This document shows, piece by piece, positions 27,224 to 36,221 of a DNA stretch of 64,000 bases (positions are counted from its first letter, which is position 1; every line of letters begins with the position of its first letter). The stretch lies in the NCBI GenBank assembly GCA_965205485.1, contig OZ242180.1, forward strand, positions 4,032,001 to 4,096,000, written 5' to 3'. Under the pieces are notes generated by a model. The model made no database searches. It saw only the letters and a list, made by a program, of their open reading frames with translations, and was not told where the DNA came from. The position numbers and the translations under genes are program-made. This stretch comes from Candidatus Latescibacterota bacterium. Its GTDB lineage: Bacteria; Latescibacterota; UBA2968; GCA-2709665.

Positions 27224-28624
27224 GTGGAAGAATTTGTTAAAGGTATAAGCGAAGAGTTCGGAGATGCGCTGAACCGTTCCCGGGCGCTTTACGAAAAGGC
27301 CTCGAAGATCTTTCCTGGCGGCGTCACCCACGACTTGAGATACTATGCGCCGTTTCCCATCTACGCAAGTCGTGCCGACGCCGGCCGCAAGTGGGATGTG
27401 GACGGCCGGGAATACGTGGACCTCTGGATGGGGCACGGGGCGCTGATGCTTGGTCATTGTTTCCCGGATATGGTAGCCGCCGTATCGGAACAGGTGGCGC
27501 GTGGTACTCACTACGGCGCGTGTCACGAGTTGGAAGTGGAATGGGGTGAGTGGGTCGCGAAACTGATCCCCACAGCCGAACGCGTGCGATTTACAAGTTC
27601 CGGCACGGAGGCCACGCTGATGGCGCTGCGTTTGGCGCGGACGTTTAGCGGAAAGCGAAAGGTGCTGAAGTTCCTCGGCCACTTCCATGGGTGGCACGAC
27701 AACCTCATCGTGGGCGTGCTGCCACCCTTCGACGAACCCGTACCCGCCGGCATTCTTCGCGAGGTGGCGGAAACCGTTTGCCTGTGTGCGCCGAACCGGA
27801 TCGATCAGGTTGAAGATGTCTTGAACCGGGACGACGACATTGCCTGCGTAATTGTTGAACCTACGGGCGCCTCTTTCGGAGTTGTACCCCTCCGGCCGGG
27901 TTTTCTCGAAGAGCTGCGTCGAGTCACGTTACGGCATGACGTGCTTCTGATCTTTGACGAAGTCATCACCGGCTTTCGATGCTCGCCGGGGGGCGCTCAG
28001 GCCCACTACAACGTCAGGCCCGACCTCACGTCGCTGGCGAAGATTCTCGCGGGGGGACTCCCCGGAGGCTGCCTGACGGGTCGGCAGGATATCATGGATC
28101 TGCTGGAATTCCGGGGAGAACGGGAGTGGGATACCTGCCGGAAAATGCCCCACCAGGGTACCTTTAACGCGAATCCGATTTCCGCGGCCGCCGGGATTGC
28201 CACGCTCAGGGCGATCGAAGACGGAACACATATCGCGGCCGCAAACCGGAACGCCGACGTCCTCCGCGACCGCCTCAACGCTGTCATTTCAGACCACGGT
28301 GTGGAATGGGTCGTCTATGGAGACTTTTCGGGCGTCAAATTCCTTCCCGAGAGTGGACCCATGACAAAGAGCCTGCAGGAGATAGCAGGGGGATCGTATG
28401 ACTACCGCAGGCTGAAGACGCCGGACCCGGTGATTAGAGATGCATTCCGAGCCAGCATGCAGCTGGAGGGTGTCGATCTCAATGGACTGGTTGGCATGAC
28501 GGCATCCGTGCACACCGAAGACGATCTGGACCACGTTGTACAAGCATTCGACCGCACGCTGCACAGATTGATACGCCAGGGCCTGATTGGGCGCAACGGC
28601 CCGGATTCGAATGCGCGTACCTGA
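27224..28624 (+). CDS. Class III PLP aminotransferase, GSA-aminomutase-like
   Basis: PGGV, SGTEAT, FHGWHD, LIFDEVITGFR, AKILAGGLP, GTFNANP. Confidence 0.85.
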   Translation: MEEFVKGISEEFGDALNRSRALYEKASKIFPGGVTHDLRYYAPFPIYASRADAGRKWDVDGREYVDLWMGHGALMLGHCFPDMVAAVSEQVARGTHYGACHELEVEWGEWVAKLIPTAERVRFTSSGTEATLMALRLARTFSGKRKVLKFLGHFHGWHDNLIVGVLPPFDEPVPAGILREVAETVCLCAPNRIDQVEDVLNRDDDIACVIVEPTGASFGVVPLRPGFLEELRRVTLRHDVLLIFDEVITGFRCSPGGAQAHYNVRPDLTSLAKILAGGLPGGCLTGRQDIMDLLEFRGEREWDTCRKMPHQGTFNANPISAAAGIATLRAIEDGTHIAAANRNADVLRDRLNAVISDHGVEWVVYGDFSGVKFLPESGPMTKSLQEIAGGSYDYRRLKTPDPVIRDAFRASMQLEGVDLNGLVGMTASVHTEDDLDHVVQAFDRTLHRLIRQGLIGRNGPDSNART

Positions 28625-28743
28625 GGCGGCCAGTCGCATTCGGGAACAGTTCTCCGAGGATTCCGAGGGATGCGGCGAAGCCAATTCTGAACCGCGCTTA
28701 CCCGCGTTCTTTCCGTACCTGCAGAAATGGCGAGCGTTTCTTC

Positions 28744-30576
28744 ATGCCAGACCGGATCCGGATTCTATCCGACGAAATAGCCAATCGTATCGCCGCGGGT
28801 GAAGCCGTCGAGCGCCCGGGCTCCGTGGTCAAGGAACTGGTAGAAAACGCCATCGATGCAGGTGCGGACCGAATCATTGCTGAGGTGACCGGCGGCGGCA
28901 AAGAGACCATACGGGTCAGCGACAATGGCTGCGGAATGTCGGGTGACGACGCGTTGCTGGCCCTGGAACGGCACGCGACGAGCAAGATCGTCGATCTTGC
29001 CGACCTTGGCACGCTGAGTACGCTCGGGTTTCGCGGGGAGGCGCTGCCGAGTATTGCGGCCGTGTCGCGGATGGTCATCGAAACCCGCGATTCGGAGGCG
29101 CTGCAGGGCACCCGCGTTCGCGTCGAAAGCGGCCGGGTGCGCGATGTTTCGTCAACAGGCCGGGACCGGGGAACAACCGTCGCCGTTCATGGCCTGTTTT
29201 TCAACGTGCCCGCAAGGCGGAAATTTCTGAAGGTTGTCGAGACCGAATTCAAACACGTGTCGGATGCGCTGACGGGCCTGGCATTGGCCTATCCGTCCAT
29301 CGCGTTTGTACTTACTCACAACGGGCGTGAAATCCTGAACTTTGGCCGGACCGAGCGCCAACACCGCCTGCAGGAGATATTCGGCGTCCGGTTCGGCAGC
29401 GACGCCGTTTTTCTGGACGGTGAACGGCACGGCGTTCGCGTTTGGGGGTTTGCCGGCAGGCCGGAACGGGCGCGAAAGTCGGGCGCGCAGCAGGCTACGG
29501 TCGTCAACGGCCGCTGGGTACGCGACAGGGGGGTGACGTACGCCGTACACGACGGCTTTGGCGGACTGCTCGTGAAGGGATTCCATCCTGCGTTTGCGCT
29601 GCTGCTGGAACTGGATCCCTCCCGCCTCGACGTCAACGTGCATCCCGCCAAACGCGAGGTGCGTTTTTCGGATGAAGCAGCCGTTTACAACGCGGTTGCT
29701 GAAGTCGTGCGCGCGGGGTTGAGGGCGGAGGACCTGGTACCCGAGGTGGACAGCGGAATTGTCTCACCCGCGATTCCGGCGGGAGATCATGCGCAGGAAA
29801 CGCCGGACCCGTCCGATGGCGTCGCGGACGCGCCCGCGGAGAAAAAGGCCTATCTTGCCGATCCCCTTGGCCTGGAAGACGTGCAGATGGCGCTTTCCCT
29901 GACCGTCAGGAAGACGGCCGGAGAGCATGAGGCGCGGGCTGACGGCGCGGTCGATCCGGACCTTTCCGACGAGGAAACGGTCGAACAGGTCCCCGTCTGG
30001 CAGGTACACGAAAAATATGTCCTTGCTCACATCAAGAACGGCCTGATTTTTGTCGACCAGCACCTGGCCCACCAGCGGATGATCTACGAACAGACGCTGG
30101 ATTGTTTTGAAGCCAACGCCGGACTTGGCCAGCGACTCCTGTTTCCGGTCACGCTCGATTTCGGCCTGCGCCAGATCCACAGGGTCAGAGAGGCGATACC
30201 GCTACTGGAAGCCATGGGCTTCGGCATACGGGAATTTGGCGGCAACACAGTGGTTGTGGATGCCATTCCCGCGGAACTGAAAGTATGGGAAGACGGCCGG
30301 CTCCTGCAGGAAGTCGTAGACGAGCTTGGCGAAAGGGAGCGTCAGACATCCGTACCGGTCGGCGGGCAAAAAGCGGTTTCTCCACTCGAGCACCGGTTGG
30401 CCGCCGCCTATGCCCGGCACACGGCCATCCGGACGGGAGAGCGGCTCTCCGCAAGGGAGATGCGGGCGTTGATCGATCGGCTGTTCGCTACGCGCGAGCC
30501 GTTTGTTTGCCCGCAGGGCAGACCGGTTGTGGTAAAGATGTCTCTGGATGAACTCGATCGACAATTCAACCGATAG
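28744..30576 (+). CDS. mutL: DNA mismatch repair protein MutL
   Basis: IAAGE, KELVENAIDAG, HATSK, GFRGEALPSI, DVNVHPAKREVRF; C-terminal motifs degenerate. Confidence 0.96.
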   Translation: MPDRIRILSDEIANRIAAGEAVERPGSVVKELVENAIDAGADRIIAEVTGGGKETIRVSDNGCGMSGDDALLALERHATSKIVDLADLGTLSTLGFRGEALPSIAAVSRMVIETRDSEALQGTRVRVESGRVRDVSSTGRDRGTTVAVHGLFFNVPARRKFLKVVETEFKHVSDALTGLALAYPSIAFVLTHNGREILNFGRTERQHRLQEIFGVRFGSDAVFLDGERHGVRVWGFAGRPERARKSGAQQATVVNGRWVRDRGVTYAVHDGFGGLLVKGFHPAFALLLELDPSRLDVNVHPAKREVRFSDEAAVYNAVAEVVRAGLRAEDLVPEVDSGIVSPAIPAGDHAQETPDPSDGVADAPAEKKAYLADPLGLEDVQMALSLTVRKTAGEHEARADGAVDPDLSDEETVEQVPVWQVHEKYVLAHIKNGLIFVDQHLAHQRMIYEQTLDCFEANAGLGQRLLFPVTLDFGLRQIHRVREAIPLLEAMGFGIREFGGNTVVVDAIPAELKVWEDGRLLQEVVDELGERERQTSVPVGGQKAVSPLEHRLAAAYARHTAIRTGERLSAREMRALIDRLFATREPFVCPQGRPVVVKMSLDELDRQFNR

Positions 30577-31492
30577 ACGGCGGCGTGTGTTGGCGCTGGT
30601 GGGCCCGACCGCTTCCGGCAAGACGCGGGTTGGCGTCGCCCTGGCGAGGGCGCTTGGCGGTGAAGTGGTTTCCGCCGACGCGCGGCAGGTCTACCGGTAT
30701 ATGGACATTGGAACGGCCAAACCAACCCCGGAAGAGCGCGCGCGTGCGAAACACCATATGCTCGACGTCGTGGACCCCGATGAGAACTACAGCGCAGGGC
30801 ACTACGCGGGCGATGCATCCACGGCGATCGAGTCGATTCTGGAGAGGAATTGCGTCCCGATCCTGGTGGGGGGGTCGGGTCTGTATCTGAAGGCGGCGCT
30901 CGACGGATTCTCTCCGCTCCCGCGCACGCCGCGGGCGGTCCGGGAACGTCTACTTGATGAAGCCAGAGAAGATCCGGCGGGAGTCTATCACAGGTTGCGC
31001 GAAGTCGACCCTGTGACGGCCGGCCGTCTGCACGCCAACGATACCAAACGTATCGTGCGCGCGCTGGAGGTCTTCAAACTGACCGGGACGCCGCTGTCGG
31101 TGCTTCACGAGTTGCCTGCTAACGAGACTCGGGACTGGCGAGTCGAATGGTTCGGCATGAGAATGGACCGCGCGTTGCTCTACCGGAGGATCGAAGAACG
31201 GGTGGACCGCATGATCACGGCCGGTCTCGTGGACGAAGTCCGGGAACTCGAACGTCGTGGTTATGCCCGTGAGCTCAACGCGCTGAATACCTTCGGATAC
31301 CGGGAGGTTTTCGATCATCTGGACGGCGAATTGGATCTGGCTGAAACCGCGGCGCAGATCAAGATGGGCACCCGGCGTTACGCCAAGCGGCAACTTACCT
31401 GGTTCCGCAAGGACAGGCGGGTGACGTGGATCGATGCCGGCGAGAATGATGCGCCGGCCGTCATCCTCAAACTCCTTGACACACATCAGTAG
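30548..31492 (+). CDS. miaA: tRNA dimethylallyltransferase
   Basis: GPTASGKT, SADARQVY, DIGTAKP, VGGSGLY, YAKRQLTWFR. Confidence 0.96.
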   Translation: MNSIDNSTDRRRRVLALVGPTASGKTRVGVALARALGGEVVSADARQVYRYMDIGTAKPTPEERARAKHHMLDVVDPDENYSAGHYAGDASTAIESILERNCVPILVGGSGLYLKAALDGFSPLPRTPRAVRERLLDEAREDPAGVYHRLREVDPVTAGRLHANDTKRIVRALEVFKLTGTPLSVLHELPANETRDWRVEWFGMRMDRALLYRRIEERVDRMITAGLVDEVRELERRGYARELNALNTFGYREVFDHLDGELDLAETAAQIKMGTRRYAKRQLTWFRKDRRVTWIDAGENDAPAVILKLLDTHQ

Positions 31493-31504
31493 AGATGGTA
31501 GTTT
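31476..31504 (+). promoter_or_regulatory. tRNA promoter overlapping miaA 3' end
   Basis: TTGACA 31476-31481, 17 nt, TG-n-TAGTTT. Confidence 0.6.
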
Positions 31505-31519
31505 TCGACAGGTACCGGA

Positions 31520-31595
31520 GCGGGAATAGCTCAGCTGGTAGAGCGCAAGCTTCCCAAGCTTGATGTCGCGGGTTCGAGTCCCGTTTCCCGCTCCA
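31520..31595 (+). tRNA. tRNA-Gly, anticodon CCC
   Basis: GCGGGAA acceptor/TTCCCGC, D arm AGCTCAGCTGGTAGAGC, anticodon arm CAAGC-TTCCCAA-GCTTG, GGTTCGAGTCC, encoded CCA; 76 nt. Confidence 0.97.
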
Positions 31596-31616
31596 AAAAA
31601 ACCTTATCGCGCAATC

Positions 31617-31654
31617 AATGGCCATTTAACCTTCGTGTCTGAATGGCCGTTTTT
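31617..31654 (+). terminator. Probable terminator after tRNA-Gly
   Basis: AATGGCCATT/AATGGCCGTT stem ending in T run. Confidence 0.55.
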
Positions 31655-31671
31655 GTTGGTGGGACGTTTTC

Positions 31672-31941
31672 GTGAGTTCCAAACAGCGTGGCATCGGCAC
31701 TTCGGGAGTTGAGGTCACCGGGATCTCCGCACACGGCGTCTGGCTGCTGTCCGGACAGGAGCAGATTTTCCTGTCGTACGAGGATTTTCCGTGGTTCAAA
31801 GATGCTTCCGTTGGAAAAATCCTCAATGTAGAGGAGCCGACCCCTGGGCACTTCTATTGGCCGGATCTCGATATCGATCTCGGATTGGAATCCATCCTCC
31901 ATCCTGAGCGATTCCCGCTCCGAGCAAGGCGTGATCCATAA
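31672..31941 (+). CDS. DUF2442 family protein (putative antitoxin)
   Basis: EVTGISAHGVWLL, FPWFKDA, HFYWPDLDIDL, HPERFPL. Confidence 0.8.
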   Translation: MSSKQRGIGTSGVEVTGISAHGVWLLSGQEQIFLSYEDFPWFKDASVGKILNVEEPTPGHFYWPDLDIDLGLESILHPERFPLRARRDP

Positions 31942-32136
31942 TCGTCCGCGATGTTCTCTGGCAATATCGCGGTGTGTCCAGTTGAAATCTCAGTTTCCTT
32001 CAGCTGGAAACCCGACGGAGTTGTCGGGCAATCCCATCGTCGAGTCGGAATCCATGGCGTCCGCCTTATGGTCGCTCAGGCGAACTGCCATGGGAATCCG
32101 GCAGGAGACAGATGTGTATTTCTATCAGGTGCAAAC

Positions 32137-32754
32137 GTGAACGGTTTTCAATCAGTTGAACGCAGCCCCGAGCCGCTTCGGCCGGAATCCCGATTTGTGT
32201 TCGACGGTCAGCCCTCGTCCTTTTCCGTCTTGGACTTCTGGGTCTGGATGGGTTCAGACGTTTTGAACAACGCCTTTCGCGGAATGGTCGCTGAATACAT
32301 TGTCGGCCAGGCCACTGGAGCATGGAACGACGCAGCCGTACGGGTCGAATGGGATGAGGTCGATATAAGGACGCCCGACGGGATTTCCATTGAGGTCAAA
32401 TCTGCCGCATACATCCAGTCCTGGCGTCAGTCGCGACCATCTCGAATTATATTTCGAATCGCGAAAACCCTGTCATGGGATTCAGTGACGGGGGAGTACT
32501 CGGATACACCAGATCGAAGCGCCGACGTCTATGTTTTCTGCCTGCTTTCTCATCGTGACTATCGGACGATCAACCCTCTCGAACTGACACAGTGGGAGTT
32601 TTACGTCGTGCCCACAAGAACGCTGGATGAGATACTCGGCGACCAGAAGACTGTCCGGCTCTCGCGTTTGCGGGATATGGGAGTCGCTCCGGTCGGTTAT
32701 TGCCAGTTGCGAACCGCCATACTTGAGGCATATGGCGAGGGAGAGAGCAACTGA
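32137..32754 (+). CDS. Conserved hypothetical protein, probable PD-(D/E)XK nuclease fold
   Basis: RGMVAEYIV...VDIRTPDGISIEVKS (E...D...EVK), ADVYVF; start uncertain. Confidence 0.6.
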   Translation: MNGFQSVERSPEPLRPESRFVFDGQPSSFSVLDFWVWMGSDVLNNAFRGMVAEYIVGQATGAWNDAAVRVEWDEVDIRTPDGISIEVKSAAYIQSWRQSRPSRIIFRIAKTLSWDSVTGEYSDTPDRSADVYVFCLLSHRDYRTINPLELTQWEFYVVPTRTLDEILGDQKTVRLSRLRDMGVAPVGYCQLRTAILEAYGEGESN

Positions 32755-32916
32755 ATGCAGAAGTTGGAACGAATAATAACGCAACTCGTTTGACCGGACT
32801 CGCCGTTTCGCACCGAATCCTTCTGTGTCTTTTGTGCTTTTTGTGGCCAAATTGACGGCTGTCTTTTTTGGAATCGAGGCGAATTCTTGGCGCAAGCCTG
32901 AAGTGGAGGAATCTAC

Positions 32917-34020
32917 GTGGAACACGAGATCCCGGATTGGGTGACATATCCGCGTGAAGAGTGGATCGAGATTTCGCCCGCTGACGCCGGACTGGACGTT
33001 GAGAAGTTCGAACGCTTTCTGTCGGGCCTGGATATAAAGGGCGCGTCGTTCGGCGGCGAGGACCACACCGGGAACCAATGGGGCACGGTATTCACGCGCG
33101 GAGGGTACCTGGTGCACGCCTGGGGCGACCGGCATTACCGGTTTCAGACCGCATCTATGGGCAAGGCGTTCATGTGGGTACTGATCGGATTTGCGGTGGA
33201 GGAGGGGATGCTGGATCCGGATCAGCCGATCCACATATCCTGGACGGGTGAAGGCGAACTGTCTCATCCACACAAATACCTGAACCGGGGACACCACCGG
33301 ACGCTGACCTGGCGCCACCTCATCGGTCCGAAGTGGAAGAGCGCCCATGAGGGAGGCTTCCCCATGGAACTGGGAAGCGTGTGGTCGAAGGGGCCTGAGG
33401 ACCGCGCAAGGGCAGCGGCGGACCGATGGTGGCCTGCGTGGGCGACCTGGACCGGGGACCCGTTTTACGACCTCTACTCGCACGTCGAACCGGGTACGGT
33501 TGAGCATTACAGCAGTGCGGGGTTCTGGCGGCTGGGTCAGGCCCTGACCTGCGTTTGGGACCGGGACCTGAAAGAGGTATTGGACGAGCGAGTGTTCGGA
33601 AAGATCGGGATTCCGCCGCAGCGATGGGACTGGTACACGGGAAGGACGATGAGTGAAAGCAAATACTTCTATCCGGCCATTCCGGATTCGTACACGTATC
33701 TCGATCCGCCCTTCGAAATCAACGGTCACGTGGTACGGAGCGGTCCGGGCTGGGTGGCGATGAGCCCATTGGATATCGCCCGTTTCGGGCATCTGCTGGC
33801 GACCCGTGGGCAATGGGAGGGCGAGCAGCTGGTCGATCCGGATTGGCTGCGTGGACACAGTGGCGGCAATCGCTGCGGCGTCAGCGGCGAAAGCACGCAT
33901 TACACGGCAATGGCGCAGGTGACCACCGAAGGCTTCGATCATCCCCATTCAGTCGTGACCAAGAGCCTGCTGCCGGAGGACCTGTTCGTCGGCCCGGTCC
34001 GGGTTTCCGGGAAAGGGTGA
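32917..34020 (+). CDS. Beta-lactamase-fold serine hydrolase
   Basis: SMGK (SxxK), PGT..HYSS, SPLDIARFG, HSG. Confidence 0.75.
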   Translation: MEHEIPDWVTYPREEWIEISPADAGLDVEKFERFLSGLDIKGASFGGEDHTGNQWGTVFTRGGYLVHAWGDRHYRFQTASMGKAFMWVLIGFAVEEGMLDPDQPIHISWTGEGELSHPHKYLNRGHHRTLTWRHLIGPKWKSAHEGGFPMELGSVWSKGPEDRARAAADRWWPAWATWTGDPFYDLYSHVEPGTVEHYSSAGFWRLGQALTCVWDRDLKEVLDERVFGKIGIPPQRWDWYTGRTMSESKYFYPAIPDSYTYLDPPFEINGHVVRSGPGWVAMSPLDIARFGHLLATRGQWEGEQLVDPDWLRGHSGGNRCGVSGESTHYTAMAQVTTEGFDHPHSVVTKSLLPEDLFVGPVRVSGKG

Positions 34021-34032
34021 GGGGAGCGCAAT

Positions 34033-35220
34033 ATGGACGCCGTTCGAATCGGGATCGCCGGGCTGGGCCATCGAGGGCTGCACTGGATCCGCCTGTTGCA
34101 GGAGATCCCGGGTTACCGGATTACGGCGGTGTACGACTGGATCGAGCCCCTGCAGGAGCGCGCGCTGGGGCGCATCAGCTACGGTGGCGATGTTAGGGTG
34201 TTCTCGGGCTACGAAGACTTCCTGACGTACGACGGGATGGATGCGGTTGGCCTCTGTGTGCGGCGGAAGGAGGTGGGGGAGATGGCGGCGCGGGCGCTGG
34301 AGGCCGGAAAACACGTGAATTCCGAAGTGCCCGCGGCGTATACCATGGCGGACTGCTGGCGGATCGTGACCGACGTGGAGCGGACCGGACTGGTGTACAG
34401 CCTGGCCGAGCAGACGCGGTTCTGGGGTGTGATCGAAGGCTGGCGGCAACTGGTCGCGGAGGGACGCCTGGGCAAGATTACCTATGCCGAGGGCCAGTAC
34501 GTCGGGTGGTACGGCACCCACCAGTATTTCCAGGATTTCAAAACCGGTAGACAGTATCCCGTCGAGGCGCTGCCCGACCATCCCGAAGCCGAGCCCACAG
34601 TGCTGCACTCACTTCCCGTGATGATCGGAGGCATCGGTTCACACGATATGGACGTGGTGCTGACCGTCCTGGACGATCGGGTCGTGGAAGTGGTGGGAAT
34701 GAGCACGAAGGCGCCCAGCTACACCTGGTCTGAGATTTCACGCCCGGATATGCAGGTGGCGTTGATGAAGACGGAGAAGGACACGGTGATCCGGATGCTG
34801 TGCGGGTTCACCCAGCCCAGGCCGCACTGCGATCACCACTGGTGGCAGTTCATCGGCACGAAGGGCGGCGTCGAATGGCGCCGGTCGCTCAACGAGAAGC
34901 CGAAGATGTGGCTCGCCGACACCCAGATGAACGACTGGTCTGAGGTGGACTGGCAGTATCAGCGCACAGATGCCCCGCCGGGCGCCCGGGGCAGCGGCCA
35001 TGGCGATGCCGACTATTACGTCCACACGCATTTCAGGGACGCCGTACGCGAGGGAAAGCCGCTGCCGCTGGACGTCTACAGGGCAATGGATACGACCGCG
35101 CCCGCCATCCGGGCACACGATTCGATTGTCGAAGGTGGAAAGCTCATGAAGGTCCCTGATTTTCGCCCGGGTCCGGAACGCCCCGACGGGGAGATGCCGG
35201 TGGATCCGCTGAACCGGTAA
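34033..35220 (+). CDS. Gfo/Idh/MocA family oxidoreductase (GH109-like SEVP)
   Basis: IGIAGLGHRG Rossmann motif, GKHVNSEVPAA, GHGDADY. Confidence 0.85.
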   Translation: MDAVRIGIAGLGHRGLHWIRLLQEIPGYRITAVYDWIEPLQERALGRISYGGDVRVFSGYEDFLTYDGMDAVGLCVRRKEVGEMAARALEAGKHVNSEVPAAYTMADCWRIVTDVERTGLVYSLAEQTRFWGVIEGWRQLVAEGRLGKITYAEGQYVGWYGTHQYFQDFKTGRQYPVEALPDHPEAEPTVLHSLPVMIGGIGSHDMDVVLTVLDDRVVEVVGMSTKAPSYTWSEISRPDMQVALMKTEKDTVIRMLCGFTQPRPHCDHHWWQFIGTKGGVEWRRSLNEKPKMWLADTQMNDWSEVDWQYQRTDAPPGARGSGHGDADYYVHTHFRDAVREGKPLPLDVYRAMDTTAPAIRAHDSIVEGGKLMKVPDFRPGPERPDGEMPVDPLNR

Positions 35221-35361
35221 TTGCGAAGTGGAGTCTCTGGTTGGGATCTGGCTTCTGTCGTAATGGGGATTCGGAAGGATGCGCTTTGCATCCTCTATCG
35301 CGAGCATGAACCTGATCGACCACGAATCATCTGCTCCGTGGGGACTGAGTGGACGTCAGAC

Positions 35362-35401
35362 TTGACGCGTTTGCCTTACTTGATTATACTAATTTGTAAG
35401 G
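35362..35401 (+). promoter_or_regulatory. Promoter and inverted-repeat operator of second TA pair
   Basis: TTGACG-17-TATACT; CCTTAC-N16-GTAAGG at 35374-35401. Confidence 0.7.
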
Positions 35402-35410
35402 AGAAATGCG

Positions 35411-35653
35411 ATGATTGTCAAAATCACTTCAAAACGCCAGGTCACCTTTCCTGCGCGTGTGCTGGACGCTCTTGGGGTTGGCCCGGGCGACCATCTGGAA
35501 ATCGTTGAAGGGCCCGACGGATTCGCCCTGAAGCCCAGACGCATCGATCATTCCCGTCTCGGGACGTTACGCGATAAGATCCGGCGCGGTCAAGGGACGT
35601 TTGATCTTCAGGACTTCAGGGAGCAATCGTATGACCCTTCGCTTCGGGATTGA
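35411..35653 (+). CDS. AbrB/MazE/SpoVT family antitoxin
   Basis: KITSKRQVTFPARV..LGVGPGD. Confidence 0.88.
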   Translation: MIVKITSKRQVTFPARVLDALGVGPGDHLEIVEGPDGFALKPRRIDHSRLGTLRDKIRRGQGTFDLQDFREQSYDPSLRD

Positions 35654-36029
35654 CACGTCAGTCCTCGTGCGTTTGCTAACAAGAGACCCGGAAGAAGACT
35701 TCGCCTACTGCGTAAGCAGACTTGGGACGCTGATCAACGAGCACGGGCACGAGGTCTTCGCTTCAAACCAGGTCATTGGAGAGACCTACGTTGCGGTACA
35801 GCACCACTATGGCGTATCAAAAGCCGATGCACGAGAGTCATTGCTAGACGCGCTGCGCAGCGGCCTGGTCTCCCCCCTGAACGGCGGCTCGGTTATCGAA
35901 GCCCTTGAGGCCACCGGCGGCGCAGGCCTGTTTGATCGGCTGATCGCCGACGACTATTCTCGCGCTGGCATGGAAGTCCTAACGTTGGACAAGAAGATGG
36001 CCGCCCTGTCCGATGTTTGCCAACTGTAG
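35631..36029 (+). CDS. PIN-domain toxin (VapC-like)
   Basis: IDTSVLVRLL, GETY, DRLIA, LTLDKK; overlaps antitoxin. Confidence 0.85.
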   Translation: MTLRFGIDTSVLVRLLTRDPEEDFAYCVSRLGTLINEHGHEVFASNQVIGETYVAVQHHYGVSKADARESLLDALRSGLVSPLNGGSVIEALEATGGAGLFDRLIADDYSRAGMEVLTLDKKMAALSDVCQL

Positions 36030-36102
36030 AAAGAAGCGTTGCGGGCGAATTCCAATCTCGCCGATGGAATGAGGATTCCTCGACCTGCTACGGCCGGCGC
36101 CA

Positions 36103-36127
36103 GGGCGACCACAAGGGTCGCCCCTAC
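36103..36127 (-). repeat. GTAG-type REP element
   Basis: Minus strand GTAG-GGGCGACC-CTTGT-GGTCGCCC. Confidence 0.75.
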
Positions 36128-36221
36128 AAATACGTGGTCGCGACATTAACGAGACAAAAGTCGCAGTTTTTGGATTGGCCTGCCCGTTCTAACGCAGAAA
36201 TGAAGGTGCGAAGGGAAACAA

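Noticed and set aside
31912..31921. TTCCCGCTCC matching the tRNA-Gly 3' end as a possible attR
   Set aside because: Only 10 nt, inside DUF2442 coding sequence (FPL), and no integrase present
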